Shown piece by piece: positions 39,922 through 50,477 of a DNA stretch of 64,000 nucleotides. Location of the stretch: IMG/VR virus record IMGVR_UViG_3300046660_000219, positions 141,909-205,908 of that record; one strand, 5' to 3'. Position 1 is the first letter of the stretch; every line of letters begins with the position of its first letter. Position numbers and translations under genes: made by a program. The notes under the pieces are model-generated. The model was not told where the DNA came from. It saw only the letters and a list, made by a program, of their open reading frames with translations, and ran no database searches.

Positions 39922-40980
39922 TTACTCAGCAGCTAATATGCCGGAGGAGCGCCGGGACAGCAATTGCTCGAATTGCGTCCATACACCTTCTGCGCCATCC
40001 CACTTTCCTTGGGTAGCGCCCTTGCTGTATTCGGTGGCACGCGCTTCGAAGAAATTGGCGTGTTCGACACCGCTCAGCATCGATTGCAACCAATCGAGCG
40101 GGTTAACGCGATTGTCGCCATAAACGGTAGGTAACCGAAGCTGGCGTAACCGCCAGTCGGCGATGAAGCGAATGTAGGCTTTGATGTCGTTAGGCGTCAT
40201 GCCTTGGATGTCACCCGCCTCGAACGCAAGATCGATGAACTTGTCCTCAAGACCGACTACCGTCTTGCAGCAATCAATGATGTCATCCTGAACCGACTTG
40301 GTGACACACCCGGTCTCGGCATTAAAGGTATGGTAGAGCTTGATGATTGCTTCACAGTGCAAGCTCTCGTCGCGGATCGACCACGACACTACCTGACCCA
40401 TACCCTTCATCTTGTTGTGGCGCGGGAAGTTCATCAGCATCGCGAAGCTGGCGAACAACTGTAATCCTTCGGTGAAGCCGCCGAACATCGCCATGGTCCG
40501 CGCAATGTCTGCATTGGTTTCGACGCCGAACGTCTGCATGTAGTCGTGCTTGTCGCGCATGGCTTGATAGTCCATGAACGCGTTGAATTCGCTGTCGGGC
40601 ATACCGATGGTTTCTAGCAACAGCGCATAGGCCGCGATGTGTACTGTTTCCATATTGGCGAACGACGACAGCATCATCTTCACCTCGGTTGGTTTGAAGA
40701 CGCGCGCATACCGTTCCATGTAGTTATCATTGACCTCGATATCCGCTTGCGTGAAGAAACGGAAGATTTGGGTCAATAGGTTGCGCTCCTTGTCGTTGAG
40801 CTTAGTCGCCCAATCCTTCAGATCTTCGCCTAGCGGGATCTCTTCGCCAAGCCAGTGAATCTGTTGCTGACGCTTCCACGCTTCGTATGCCCATGGGTAG
40901 GAAAATGGTTTATAGGCTTTTGACGGTGTTAGGAGCCTAGGAAGTGTACCATCAGAGAGAAGATAAGGGGAGATGGTCAT
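39922..40980 (-). CDS. nrdB: Ribonucleotide reductase class Ia beta subunit
   Basis: YKPF.YPWA, FFTQADIEV, METVHIAAY, EGLQLFASF, RDESLH, NFFEARATEY. Confidence 0.97.
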   Translation of the reverse strand: MTISPYLLSDGTLPRLLTPSKAYKPFSYPWAYEAWKRQQQIHWLGEEIPLGEDLKDWATKLNDKERNLLTQIFRFFTQADIEVNDNYMERYARVFKPTEVKMMLSSFANMETVHIAAYALLLETIGMPDSEFNAFMDYQAMRDKHDYMQTFGVETNADIARTMAMFGGFTEGLQLFASFAMLMNFPRHNKMKGMGQVVSWSIRDESLHCEAIIKLYHTFNAETGCVTKSVQDDIIDCCKTVVGLEDKFIDLAFEAGDIQGMTPNDIKAYIRFIADWRLRQLRLPTVYGDNRVNPLDWLQSMLSGVEHANFFEARATEYSKGATQGKWDGAEGVWTQFEQLLSRRSSGILAAE

Positions 40981-41444
40981 GCGGATACTCTCAAAATGGT
41001 GGCTTGTTCTTCAGCACGGCGTCGTGCATAAACACGCCCGGCTTCTGCGGCAGTATCGTAGTATCCGAGACTAACTCGTCTACCGTTTACATACATACGG
41101 GCTTGATAACGTCCGCTGGTCTTGTGGCAAACAACACCAGGATTTCGCGTACTATTACGTTTAATCTCTTGTGTATTCCAGACATTCATTTGCGGAGTTG
41201 CTCGACGCAAATTCTTTCGTCTGTTATCTACTGTACACCCGTTCTTATGATCACCAAATACACCATCGCGGGGGCGCAAGCCCAACACAAGGCGATGCAT
41301 GTATATCATGTTACCTTTCTTATCCGTGGCTACCACATAATGCTTAGCACCAGTCTTGGTGACACGCCACGTGTATTTGGACACCAGTGCGTGGTCTGCT
41401 TTGTCGTACAGTACCATTACACCGGTTTTGGTGATCAGATACAC
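40977..41444 (-). mobile_element. Free-standing HNH-AP2 homing endonuclease
   Basis: YMHRLVL...DHKNGCTVDNRRKNLR (HNH) plus GV...GRYQARMYVNGRRVSLGYYDTAAEA (AP2); probable GTG start at 41444. Confidence 0.88.
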
Positions 41445-41449
41445 GGCGA

Positions 41450-41554
41450 CTACGCGTACTTGAAAGGTTTGTACGCTTTTGACGGCGTAAGCAAACCCGG
41501 CAGCGTGCCGTCGGCAAGAAGATATGGCGACGAAGCAGACGACAGGAGGGACAT
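41450..41554 (-). pseudogene. nrdB: Orphaned original 5' end of nrdB (34 aa)
   Basis: MSLLSSASSPYLLADGTLPGLLTPSKAYKPFKYA* vs NrdB start MTISPYLLSDGTLPRLLTPSKAYKPFSYP. Confidence 0.85.
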
Positions 41555-41902
41555 GGAAAATCCTTGAACACAAAAGGGTACGCGGCGGACCAAAACTGGT
41601 CGTACCCGGAAGGGTGGGCGGTCCCTAATAAATTACGAGACACGCCCACTCCGTTTACTCATTTACAGAGTGCCTAACAAAAGTATTGCTAGCACACATA
41701 CTCCCGCTGGTAGCCAGAAGATCGTCCAGAAAAGACACGCAAGAAACGATAGGGTTTTGCTGGACTGGCTCTGGAACGTCATGTTGCTACCAACCTGGCT
41801 TTGGTAGAACATCGTACCCAGAGCACCGATCAAAAGGTAGAGAAGTATGCAGATGATCAACACAGGTGGGATGACTAAGGAGACCTGCACGATTTGTTAC
41901 CT

Positions 41903-42835
41903 TTATTTTGATACACTCTTGGCGTATTCGCTGTAGACGATTTCCGAATGAAGCGCGTCGGCTACGTCAACGACATCTTGCGGCGTGACAGGAACAGTGG
42001 GTAACCCACTTCTCTTTGCGGCATCAGCCATCTTGATCATCGCGACTTCGTTTGCGAGTAGAGCCCAATCCACCAAGGCGATCCGCTTGGCGAGAACCTT
42101 GGAGAATTCTTCGCGTACGATGGCGCGCGTGTCGTATGGCGGACGCGTGTTTATCAGTGCACCAACAAACGGTACGAGATTAGCCGGACTGTAGGTCGGC
42201 GGTTTGATGACCTTACCGTATTGATCCTTGTTTGGACGTCCCGTAACCGGATCCATCTTGCTACTATTACTACGATCGACTTCAGCAATCGAACTGTCGT
42301 AGTCGAATCCAAAGGAGATCGCTGCACCAGTGTTGACCACGTCCATGTCACAGAGACCATCGAGGATCTGAACAGCGTCGCCAGCGAAGAAGCCATCATG
42401 GAAGGTTTCGAACGACTCTTCCAACGTCAAGCGAACACGCAGACGGTAATCTTCAGCGGATGGCCATTGCGGTGTAGCAGGGCGCGGTTGCTCGTACTTC
42501 CCCATCAATGCGTACACGCGCGTGTACGTGGTTGGTTTGCTGGAAAAGGTAAAGTGCGAGCTAGTGACAGACAGAGCATCCGGGCGTATCAGCATATTGT
42601 ACGGAATAGCGTCAACATGGACAAGTGAGTCGCCAATTAGCCCAGGCGAAATGACGCAATTCTCACCAGCAGGTAGCACGGCCTTCCCCAAATACGTCCA
42701 CGTAGAGGTATCCTTTTGCGACGACGCTACATCACCTGTACCGCCTTCAAGGAAGGCGCGCGTAGTTTCTGCAACATCAAGCTCCAACTCTTCGTGAGCT
42801 TCGGTGAATTCGGCCGAGCGTGTAGTATCAGACAT
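41903..42835 (-). CDS. MazG/PRA-PH-like NTP pyrophosphohydrolase with extensions
   Basis: RVRLTLEESFE...LDGLCDMDVV...EVDRSNSSK...GKVIKPPTYSP. Confidence 0.8.
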   Translation of the reverse strand: MSDTTRSAEFTEAHEELELDVAETTRAFLEGGTGDVASSQKDTSTWTYLGKAVLPAGENCVISPGLIGDSLVHVDAIPYNMLIRPDALSVTSSHFTFSSKPTTYTRVYALMGKYEQPRPATPQWPSAEDYRLRVRLTLEESFETFHDGFFAGDAVQILDGLCDMDVVNTGAAISFGFDYDSSIAEVDRSNSSKMDPVTGRPNKDQYGKVIKPPTYSPANLVPFVGALINTRPPYDTRAIVREEFSKVLAKRIALVDWALLANEVAMIKMADAAKRSGLPTVPVTPQDVVDVADALHSEIVYSEYAKSVSK

Positions 42836-42852
42836 GTACTATTTCCTTGTTG

Positions 42853-43794
42853 TTAGGCGGAGTTACCTACGCCAAGAGACTCTTCCGTGCAATCCCAATC
42901 GATGTCGTATTCCATCAACGTGGCCATACCATTTGCCGCGCGATGGTGATTGATCCGATTCATCACAGCCTTTCGTGACAGGATACCAACGTCCTGCATA
43001 TAGAAGTGGCCATCCATCGTCTTGTGTACCTTATCACCCTTCTTTACGAGATAGGCGACGGGGCGCAACAAAGTCCTTTGTGGCGTGCCTACGCCCTTAT
43101 CGACGATGACTGACGACGGCGGTTGCGGCCTAGGCGAAGACGGAACTGGAATTGCCGACGCCGCAGAGGCCGTTTTCCGGCCCGTAGAAGCCACGGAAGG
43201 CCTCGGTTGGCGTTCGGCTACCGGCTCCGTCGTTTTGATGGTCTGTACGGCACTCCCGCCCGTGGGCGGCTCTGCGTGTTCGCTGGTGGTGGGCTTGTAA
43301 CCACCCTGCACCTTTTCTGGGCAGTCTTGTTGCGCAACGCTACCTTTATTTGTCTCGCGACTCTGCGAACGTTCTTTGGAGCGTTCGATTGCGTCAACTT
43401 CCTTAGACCACGTGTCAATCGGCAAGGCGATAACGAAATGGTTGGGTGAAGAGTCCACAAGACAGCAAGGCGTTGACCCGCTCTTATGTAGCGGAGACCC
43501 GCGAAAGGACGGCAGGCTCAGCCGCATACCTCCCTTACCGTTACGCTTCGCACCGAAGTTGCCATTAGGATCGTGCGCAACCATCACTTGCCCAGCGTGT
43601 TCGTCCGTGCCGATGTCAACACGCACCTTGAGAAGCTTGTTGGCTTCACCTTCACCGAAACCCGAGACAAAGGTATCTGCCAGATGTAGATCGGTGCGGA
43701 CCTTACCGGTCTTGCTAACACTGGTGGACGTCGCCACCATCGGTGTGCCCTTGATACGCGTGGGCTTACTATTTGAGAGAGTTTCCCAGCCCAT
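42853..43794 (-). CDS. Hypothetical protein with a Pro/Ser-rich linker
   Basis: AAGGG SD; long ORF. Confidence 0.7.
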   Translation of the reverse strand: MGWETLSNSKPTRIKGTPMVATSTSVSKTGKVRTDLHLADTFVSGFGEGEANKLLKVRVDIGTDEHAGQVMVAHDPNGNFGAKRNGKGGMRLSLPSFRGSPLHKSGSTPCCLVDSSPNHFVIALPIDTWSKEVDAIERSKERSQSRETNKGSVAQQDCPEKVQGGYKPTTSEHAEPPTGGSAVQTIKTTEPVAERQPRPSVASTGRKTASAASAIPVPSSPRPQPPSSVIVDKGVGTPQRTLLRPVAYLVKKGDKVHKTMDGHFYMQDVGILSRKAVMNRINHHRAANGMATLMEYDIDWDCTEESLGVGNSA

Positions 43795-45326
43795 TTTGTT
43801 ACGACCCTTGTTGTGCGTTGTTAGTATTTATTGCGGACGGAAGCGACGCTCCGGAATCCACACGCCGTTGACGCGCACCTGACAGCCGCCGACAAACTTG
43901 TAGCGGGTCTGTACACCGTCGTACGCCGTGGCGCAGTTAATGCGCTGCGGCACTTGTTCGATCAACTGAACTGCGCCGATAAACAGCAACAGTGCCGCAA
44001 CACAGAATGTCATGTAGACCCACGGAAGGTCCCAAAATCTGCGCTTATCATTACGAAAAGCAGAACGTAAACCAGGATGAGGGTTCATGCTCATTGTTTC
44101 TTACCTTTATGATTTTTGGACCAAGAGATCCACGGGAGGGATGTTGAGTTCGTGTTGTGCGTTGGCTACGAGACGCAACGTCTCTAGGTCTTGCTGCACC
44201 TTGTCTGGGGCTGCGGAGTCACGCGCCACTAGGCGCAGCAGATCGGTCACGCGAGCAAAACCCTCTGCGACGTCGTTGGACAGCACGATGAATTTGACGT
44301 CGCCGTTGACCTGATACGGAGCCTTGTACAAGCTATCGTTCAGATAACGGTAGAATTTTTTGAGTTGGGTTTTATGCAACGCGGGCGTTTCACCGATACC
44401 GGGCGCTACGACCACGGCTTCATTTTGGCGCAACAGAGCGTTGGCACGGGCCGCTACTTGCGCCCAGGTCTTCTTGACCATGTGGTATCCCTACTATTTA
44501 TGTTAATAGGGCTTCAGACACGAAAAAGCCCTCGGAAGTCCAGAATGAATTAGCTCCGGAGTACCGAGGGCTCTTTAAAGAGCGTGTGCTGGCTTCTGTT
44601 AGGTGTGGATGATCCCGAGGATCATACTAGCCACGACGAGAAAGATAGCTGCGCCAATGACGATGACGGCCACCTTGCGGCTCTTGCTCAGTTCTTGCGT
44701 CACGTTGTGTCGTCCTTGTGTTAGTGGGAAAAAGGTACGCATATAAAGGAGGCTAGGGACGTCCCTAGCCTCCTAAGAAGATGTGATCATCTTGCGATGC
44801 GTCTACCGGCTTTAGAAAGCCTTGGATCGCGCCGTCAACGACGACGGCGGCTAGAAACCATCCATCGCGACTGGCAACCGTACAGTAGACATTGCCTTGG
44901 TGATACTGCCCATACCACCAGTCCATTGAGGTCATGTAAAGGGTAGCGGCAACACGTGTCTCGTACGGAGTTTCGAACAGGCAGATGGGATCGATGGCTT
45001 GATTGCTCCCTACCGTTACTAACTCATAGAGGGTCATTGTCGTCCCCGTCGAATTTCGCGCATGGCGTCGCGCCGTAGGCGCGTGCCGTGTTGTTTGTCG
45101 TACGCCTTGACGACGGTGTCTAGGTTGCCGCCGACCTTGCGACCAAGCGCAAGGTTGAGAGTGGCCGCGCTGCACACCTCACAACGCCTATAGCGCTTCG
45201 GGTCGTACGTATGACCGCAATTGCTGCACGTCGTCTTAACGGGCTTCTGGGCCATATTCGGGTTCCTATTGCCGGGGCGGTTAGGGCGACGCATACCATT
45301 TCTGATATGCGTCGAGTAGAACCGTC

Positions 45327-45770
45327 TCAGTCGTACAGCGCCGACATGTCGAACTTGTCGGCCACGCTCCAGGCTTCCAGCTTGGCGACAAACACGTCTT
45401 GTGCTGCACGTATACGCGCCTGTTTGTCGGCGATGTTGGCGTCACCGGACATGGCGCGACGACAAGACGCCTGCTGATCATTGATGGCTTCGAACAAAAC
45501 CAAGATCGACGGCTTGGCGGCAACCTGCGACAGCTCGCCTTCGAACTTTACGCTCCCTCCGCTAGTGAAACTGAAAATAGTAACGATGCAACCGTTACCG
45601 TCCGCCGCCGCGTGCGACGTGGTCCCCATGTACGCGAATTGGGGGTTAGCCGTCTTCCAGGCTTTAGCCGCCGCTACAGCGACGTCCTTACCGTCGAAGC
45701 GAAACCCACTACCTTTGGTGGCGCTTAGCTCGTAGCTAAACGCAAGATCGGGATGCAGCGCTGTGTCCAT
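45327..45770 (-). CDS. Hypothetical protein
   Basis: AAGGA SD. Confidence 0.65.
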   Translation of the reverse strand: MDTALHPDLAFSYELSATKGSGFRFDGKDVAVAAAKAWKTANPQFAYMGTTSHAAADGNGCIVTIFSFTSGGSVKFEGELSQVAAKPSILVLFEAINDQQASCRRAMSGDANIADKQARIRAAQDVFVAKLEAWSVADKFDMSALYD

Positions 45771-46527
45771 TGATTATTCCTTCCACCATTTCTTGCCCCA
45801 AGGCTTCCACCACGGGTCATCGTCGTAGCCGTAGCCGGGAGGCGGCGAGCCGTTCCACGTCAGTAGAACGATCAGCAGCAAGACAAGCGCAAAAGCGCCG
45901 AGGCCTATAACGAAGCTCATAGGCGCTTTCCTTGAAAGGTATCGACGGTGCGGGCGAAGGTGACGCCGATACCGCACGACAGCGCGCCGGAGAAGAATTG
46001 CGCCGCCGTATGCGGGTCGATTTGCGTGTGCGTAAAAAGGTAGACCTTTGTCGCAGCGATCGCAACGACAACCGGAGTTGCCGCCACCGTACCCAACAGG
46101 TTCATAGCGAAGACGTAGGCGGTGCGTTTCATGCGCGTCACGGTGCTACCCTTTAGTTGAAGTCGAACACCCACGACGGGATCGGCGGGCCGGGAATGGC
46201 GGGGACGTTAGCCGCCAAGATGTGCCACGGCCAAAGCGCCGTGTAGTACGCGACGAACTTCGGGTTGTTGGTGGCGGGCATAGCGTTCTTAGCCATCATA
46301 GCCGGGATGAGGCCGACCATCACGTAAACTGAGATGGCGAGAGCGCCCCACAAAATGCGAGACTCGTTGCGCGCTTTACGAAGAGCGGCACGATCGGAAT
46401 CACTCATGCGCATGGTGTTACCCTTTTCATAGATTTAGACGGTTGGTCTACTGGAAACCCCTTACGCATACTGGGTTGGGGGAGTTCTGCGTAAGGGGAA
46501 ACCGGAAATCCATCCGATGGCCGGGCT

Positions 46528-46545
46528 TTACTCCGGCGGGTACAT
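46528..46545 (-). CDS. Minigene MYPPE*
   Basis: AGGAGG-5 nt-ATG TAC CCG CCG GAG TAA, downstream of an early promoter. Confidence 0.5.
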   Translation of the reverse strand: MYPPE

Positions 46546-46594
46546 GTTAGCCTCCTGTGTTGTCTCCAACGCTTCTTAAGCTTCAACAAGCACC

Positions 46595-46641
46595 CTTGTA
46601 GACCCGTTAGAACACGCTGTCAACAGGGATAGGAAATTTTT
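46595..46641 (-). promoter_or_regulatory. Early promoter (repeat family)
   Basis: TTGACA(46623-46618)-17-TACAAG; upstream AAAAATTTCC. Confidence 0.8.
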
Positions 46642-46645
46642 CTGA

Positions 46646-47152
46646 TTAGCTCTCGCCAGCGTCCGTCACGTTGGAGTTCAGCATGCCTTGCAACATGAGC
46701 TTGATGTTATCGCGATCCTTGTCGTTAAGGTCCGCCGTTGCGTTGTCGCAGAGATCCCGCATGACCTTCAACGTCTCTGCATCTATGGTGTTACCATTTT
46801 CCAGAGAACTGTCAGCCACCTCTACCACGGCTTTAAGCGCCCGCGTGAAGCGATCGTGTCGATAGGTCGTTTCCGCCATCGCCTCTAGATACTGTTTCTC
46901 ATTCTCGACGATAGCTTGCGCACCGCCAATATCCGCACCCAGCGCGATGAGCTGTAGAATGTCCTGTTCACCGACGCGGCGACCCTGCGTGCGGAAGAAC
47001 TGCCGCTGATCAGCGGAGAACAGTTTTTCGTAGGCAGTACGTACGAAGACAGGAAAGGTAACTTTAGGTGAACTAGACTTAACGTTAGGGGTTGCATTTG
47101 TAGACGCGATAATACCGGGGGAGACGGGGGCGGTTACGATAGGGCGGGTCAT
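46646..47152 (-). CDS. Hypothetical helical protein
   Basis: AAGGAAATAGTA leader; ATGA coupling. Confidence 0.7.
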   Translation of the reverse strand: MTRPIVTAPVSPGIIASTNATPNVKSSSPKVTFPVFVRTAYEKLFSADQRQFFRTQGRRVGEQDILQLIALGADIGGAQAIVENEKQYLEAMAETTYRHDRFTRALKAVVEVADSSLENGNTIDAETLKVMRDLCDNATADLNDKDRDNIKLMLQGMLNSNVTDAGES

Positions 47153-47478
47153 TCTGATACTATTTCCTTATTCATGGCGTAATGTTTAGCAAAATAGTCC
47201 GCCCAGTCAACGTGCGGACCGTCGCCAAGACAAAGCGAAAAAACACGTAAGCGCGGGCGTGCTCCAGTGTCCCATGCGCAAATTAGCATGTCGTGTACGT
47301 TATGTCGGGCAATAATAGTAGAGTGACCCAACGAGCAAACCAACGCGCTGTTCAAGGCTCTGTAAGCCAAGGTGCTCAGATCGACAATGTCTGTTAGGTA
47401 ACCGACGTGCTGAATGCGACCTTGCCGCCAGCCCTTACTCAGCTCTATCAACGTAAAGGTATGCATCTATCGTAGACC

Positions 47479-47925
47479 TCAGTTTGGCACGAGGGCGTTG
47501 AGGAGAGGTTGGATCTTGGTGCGTAATGTGCGCGCGTCAACCAGAGCTGACACGTAAGTCAGCATGCGTACCACACGACGCTGTTCATGCGTTAGCAGCA
47601 CCACACGACAGGCCCAATCACGCTCGCGCTGTTCGATGATCTGCAACAAAGAAAAACGTACTGTTTCTCCGGTGACGATGTTGATACGCACGAATTCACC
47701 GGGTCTAGCCACAACGGTGTCACGCCCCGCCAGACCGATGATGAAAGCGCCGTTAGCGCCGGTTGTCGATACGGCGGTACTTGGTAGATTGGCGTTAAGC
47801 CATTGCTGAAACAGTACACGTGTATTGACATCGCCCATAACCGGGACTTCGTGAAAGGTAAAGAGCGCGCCAATAGCGATAGGGCGCGGCGGGGCGTAAA
47901 GAGCGTCAAGGTTGATGTTGGACAT
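47479..47925 (-). CDS. Hypothetical protein
   Basis: AGGTGA SD. Confidence 0.65.
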   Translation of the reverse strand: MSNINLDALYAPPRPIAIGALFTFHEVPVMGDVNTRVLFQQWLNANLPSTAVSTTGANGAFIIGLAGRDTVVARPGEFVRINIVTGETVRFSLLQIIEQRERDWACRVVLLTHEQRRVVRMLTYVSALVDARTLRTKIQPLLNALVPN

Positions 47926-47997
47926 TGGGTTTCACCTAACGGAGTAGCGAAGTCGGTGAGCCTGTAAGACCCACCGACTGAACAACACCGTTACTAT

Positions 47998-49536
47998 TTA
48001 CGCGGCGGCGTTTCGTTGCACAATATGCCAATCCGGCTGACCATAGGTCAACGAATTGGGTGCGAAAGCTTTTTGGAAATCGTAGAGAACGAAAGCGTCG
48101 TCGTTCGCTGCCGTGCTGGTCGCCGCCGCGAAACTTAGGCCGTCAACCGTCCGATAGCAGTTAGCTGCGTTGTTCACATCGGCGAAACGATCGAACACAG
48201 TCTTACAGTAACCCTTGAACGACTTCTTGGTGCCGTCGTCGGTCTTGGGGTCTTTGAACAGCGCGCACTCGACGCCGTTAATGGTAGCGCCCGTGGCTTT
48301 CATTGCAAAACCCCAGGTGTCGCGGGTGTTGCACTGATAGGTGTACGACCCGATACCCAGTACGACGTTGTTCGACGCGAAACCCTTCGCTTCCAAGCGA
48401 ACGAAGATTTGTTCAGCGCGCGGCATGGTGATCGAGTCGCCGTAGATCAGGCCGATGTGCGAGTCGAGTTCTTCGTACCCTTTCGAATTGGTGGTCGTGC
48501 CGAACACTTCCGCAAGGAGTTCAACAGCACCCTTGAACGCAGGCGAACCGGGCTCGGCGTTCGGATCACCGCAGATGATATCGACAGGGTCGCCGCTGTC
48601 AGGACGGATCACCAGCTTACCGTTACGCGCCATGATCTTGCCCTTCAAGCGTGGCAAGATATCGGTCAACACGTTCCAGAAGTCCCAGGTGTCCGAGACG
48701 ATCGAGATGATGCCTTCTGGGTAAATGGTAAGTAGACGATCATACGTCTCGAATTCCGTGGACGAACCACCAGCGCACATGACGCTGTGTTCCGTGGCCG
48801 GGACCGTTCCGTACTGCGACATGTCGAAACCGGTGTACAGTTGTTCAGCGGCGAACAGTGCGGGAATGGTATCCGTGCCGTTGAAGAACAACAGATGGCC
48901 GATGTTGTAGACCATGGCCATCTCCGAACCGCCCATCATGCCGCGCATAGAAAAGTCATGGCATTGGAAGGGAACGAAGCTGCGATCGTTACAGGTTAGA
49001 TCCGCCCAATGGTCGCAGAGCTTGCGGTAGTTGCGAGCAATGGTAGCCATGGTTTGCGAGCCCCACATGAGGTTCGACAGTTCGGTCTCGACGTAGTTGG
49101 TCAACCACGCGAAGTCGTCATGCGTGTTGAAGATGGTGAAGTGCACGACGCCGGTTCGCGTTACCGTTCCTTCGGGAAGGTGAAGGACGTTCAGCGGCAG
49201 ATAGCCCAACGTGTGCAGGGCTTCAACATGCGACAGGTCGGGATTGTCTTGCTTATAGTACGCCTTGTAGAAAGCGTACATTTCTTGCATGACCTCGACG
49301 TTAGGGCGTGCGAACCATTTCGCGAACTCTTCCACGATCGTGCGCGCAGCGTACGAGAAGCCGAAGAACACGACTTCCGGTTCTTGCTGCCAGAGTTGCC
49401 GGTTAGTGAGACGCGCGATCTTGTCGCTACGCGGCGTCCACGTGGACAGCAGTCGGGTCATTCCAGTAGGGAATTGAAACTTGTGTTGACCCTTGTAGCC
49501 GTCAGCCAGCAGCATAGCCGGAATGAAGAATTGCAT
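47998..49536 (-). CDS. Nicotinamide phosphoribosyltransferase-family enzyme (NadV-like; likely NARP1 Namat)
   Basis: ADGYKGQH, CHDFSMRG, VPATEHSVMC, SIVSDTWD, VIRPDSGDP, LIYGDSIT, KDPKTD.GTKKS. Confidence 0.93.
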   Translation of the reverse strand: MQFFIPAMLLADGYKGQHKFQFPTGMTRLLSTWTPRSDKIARLTNRQLWQQEPEVVFFGFSYAARTIVEEFAKWFARPNVEVMQEMYAFYKAYYKQDNPDLSHVEALHTLGYLPLNVLHLPEGTVTRTGVVHFTIFNTHDDFAWLTNYVETELSNLMWGSQTMATIARNYRKLCDHWADLTCNDRSFVPFQCHDFSMRGMMGGSEMAMVYNIGHLLFFNGTDTIPALFAAEQLYTGFDMSQYGTVPATEHSVMCAGGSSTEFETYDRLLTIYPEGIISIVSDTWDFWNVLTDILPRLKGKIMARNGKLVIRPDSGDPVDIICGDPNAEPGSPAFKGAVELLAEVFGTTTNSKGYEELDSHIGLIYGDSITMPRAEQIFVRLEAKGFASNNVVLGIGSYTYQCNTRDTWGFAMKATGATINGVECALFKDPKTDDGTKKSFKGYCKTVFDRFADVNNAANCYRTVDGLSFAAATSTAANDDAFVLYDFQKAFAPNSLTYGQPDWHIVQRNAAA

Positions 49537-49577
49537 GTTTGAGTGTCCCTTTGATGTGAGCGGTTAGAAATGGTATA

Positions 49578-50477
49578 TTATTGATTGCTGTAATCGAACA
49601 GCGACAGCACTTCAGTATAATGCTTCAGCAGCTCGTCTTTGCCTTGTGAGAAGAGGCCATGCGTGACGTAGAGCCGCAGGTTGTAGAAAGTGTACGTCGA
49701 GCGTAACAGCTCGGCGATGCTGACAAACGTTCGTCCGCCGTCGCACAGATCATCGATGACCCAGAACGATGCGCCCGACGGTTGGATATCTACCGTTACG
49801 CCATCCGGCGTTTGCGCCGAAACGATCTTGTGGCCAACGATACGCCCTTCAAGGTCGCGCATCTTATCAGCGTATATGATCCCCGTGCCGTAGTGCTTGG
49901 AGAAGGCTTCGGCGCGGGCCTTAGCGCCTTCATCCACGGCCACCACGAAGTCGCGCGACGATGGCTGGTAACCGTTCTCGCGTTCCATCGTCGCGATGAA
50001 ACAATCTAACGACGACATAACAGTAAGTGAAGACAGCTCAACGCCGTCATGGCCGTCCGTCGACTTAATTGCATTATGCAACACTTTTACGAATACATCG
50101 CTGTGTGGGTCATACACAACAATGTTCCAAAAAACAGTATGCAGCAGAAGTTTTGCCGTAACATCCGCCGCATTAACTTCACCGGGCTTCTTCTGTTTAT
50201 CCGCACGTTGGTCGGGAAACGTTTGGATAACTAGGGTGTGACCTTTCCAGCCGCCGACGTAGTGGGACGGAGGAAGTAGAGCGCCGATCTGAAACAACGC
50301 AAAGACCGCCTGCGGAAGGGTAGTTTTCATTGTTACCGTTATTTCATTAACACTAAACGGTGCGCGGAAGGCAAACGAGCCATCCGGATATTGATCGACG
50401 TCCAGGGCGACAGGCGCACCAGAGACCGTTTCGTGCATCGTGAACCACGTGCGCGCGTCGGGATTGTTGATCGGCAT
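49578..50477 (-). CDS. Ribose-phosphate pyrophosphokinase-family enzyme (likely NARP1 Adps)
   Basis: YPDG, QRADK, YDPHS, VDEGA, KMRD, VIDDLCDGGRTF, LYVTHGLFS. Confidence 0.9.
   Translation of the reverse strand: MPINNPDARTWFTMHETVSGAPVALDVDQYPDGSFAFRAPFSVNEITVTMKTTLPQAVFALFQIGALLPPSHYVGGWKGHTLVIQTFPDQRADKQKKPGEVNAADVTAKLLLHTVFWNIVVYDPHSDVFVKVLHNAIKSTDGHDGVELSSLTVMSSLDCFIATMERENGYQPSSRDFVVAVDEGAKARAEAFSKHYGTGIIYADKMRDLEGRIVGHKIVSAQTPDGVTVDIQPSGASFWVIDDLCDGGRTFVSIAELLRSTYTFYNLRLYVTHGLFSQGKDELLKHYTEVLSLFDYSNQ

Noticed and set aside
40890-41460. Group I intron in nrdB
   Set aside because: The interval is fully occupied by the HNH-AP2 ORF and a duplicated coding start, leaving no space or motifs for a ribozyme core. 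The downstream nrdB is complete on its own.
41575-41655. NrdR box or riboswitch upstream of the original nrdB start
   Set aside because: Two hairpins are present, but I could not match an NrdR consensus or a known riboswitch core.
44747-44774. 28 bp perfect palindrome as operator or origin
   Set aside because: It overlaps a stop codon and is followed by T-rich sequence on the coding strand, so a terminator is the simplest explanation.
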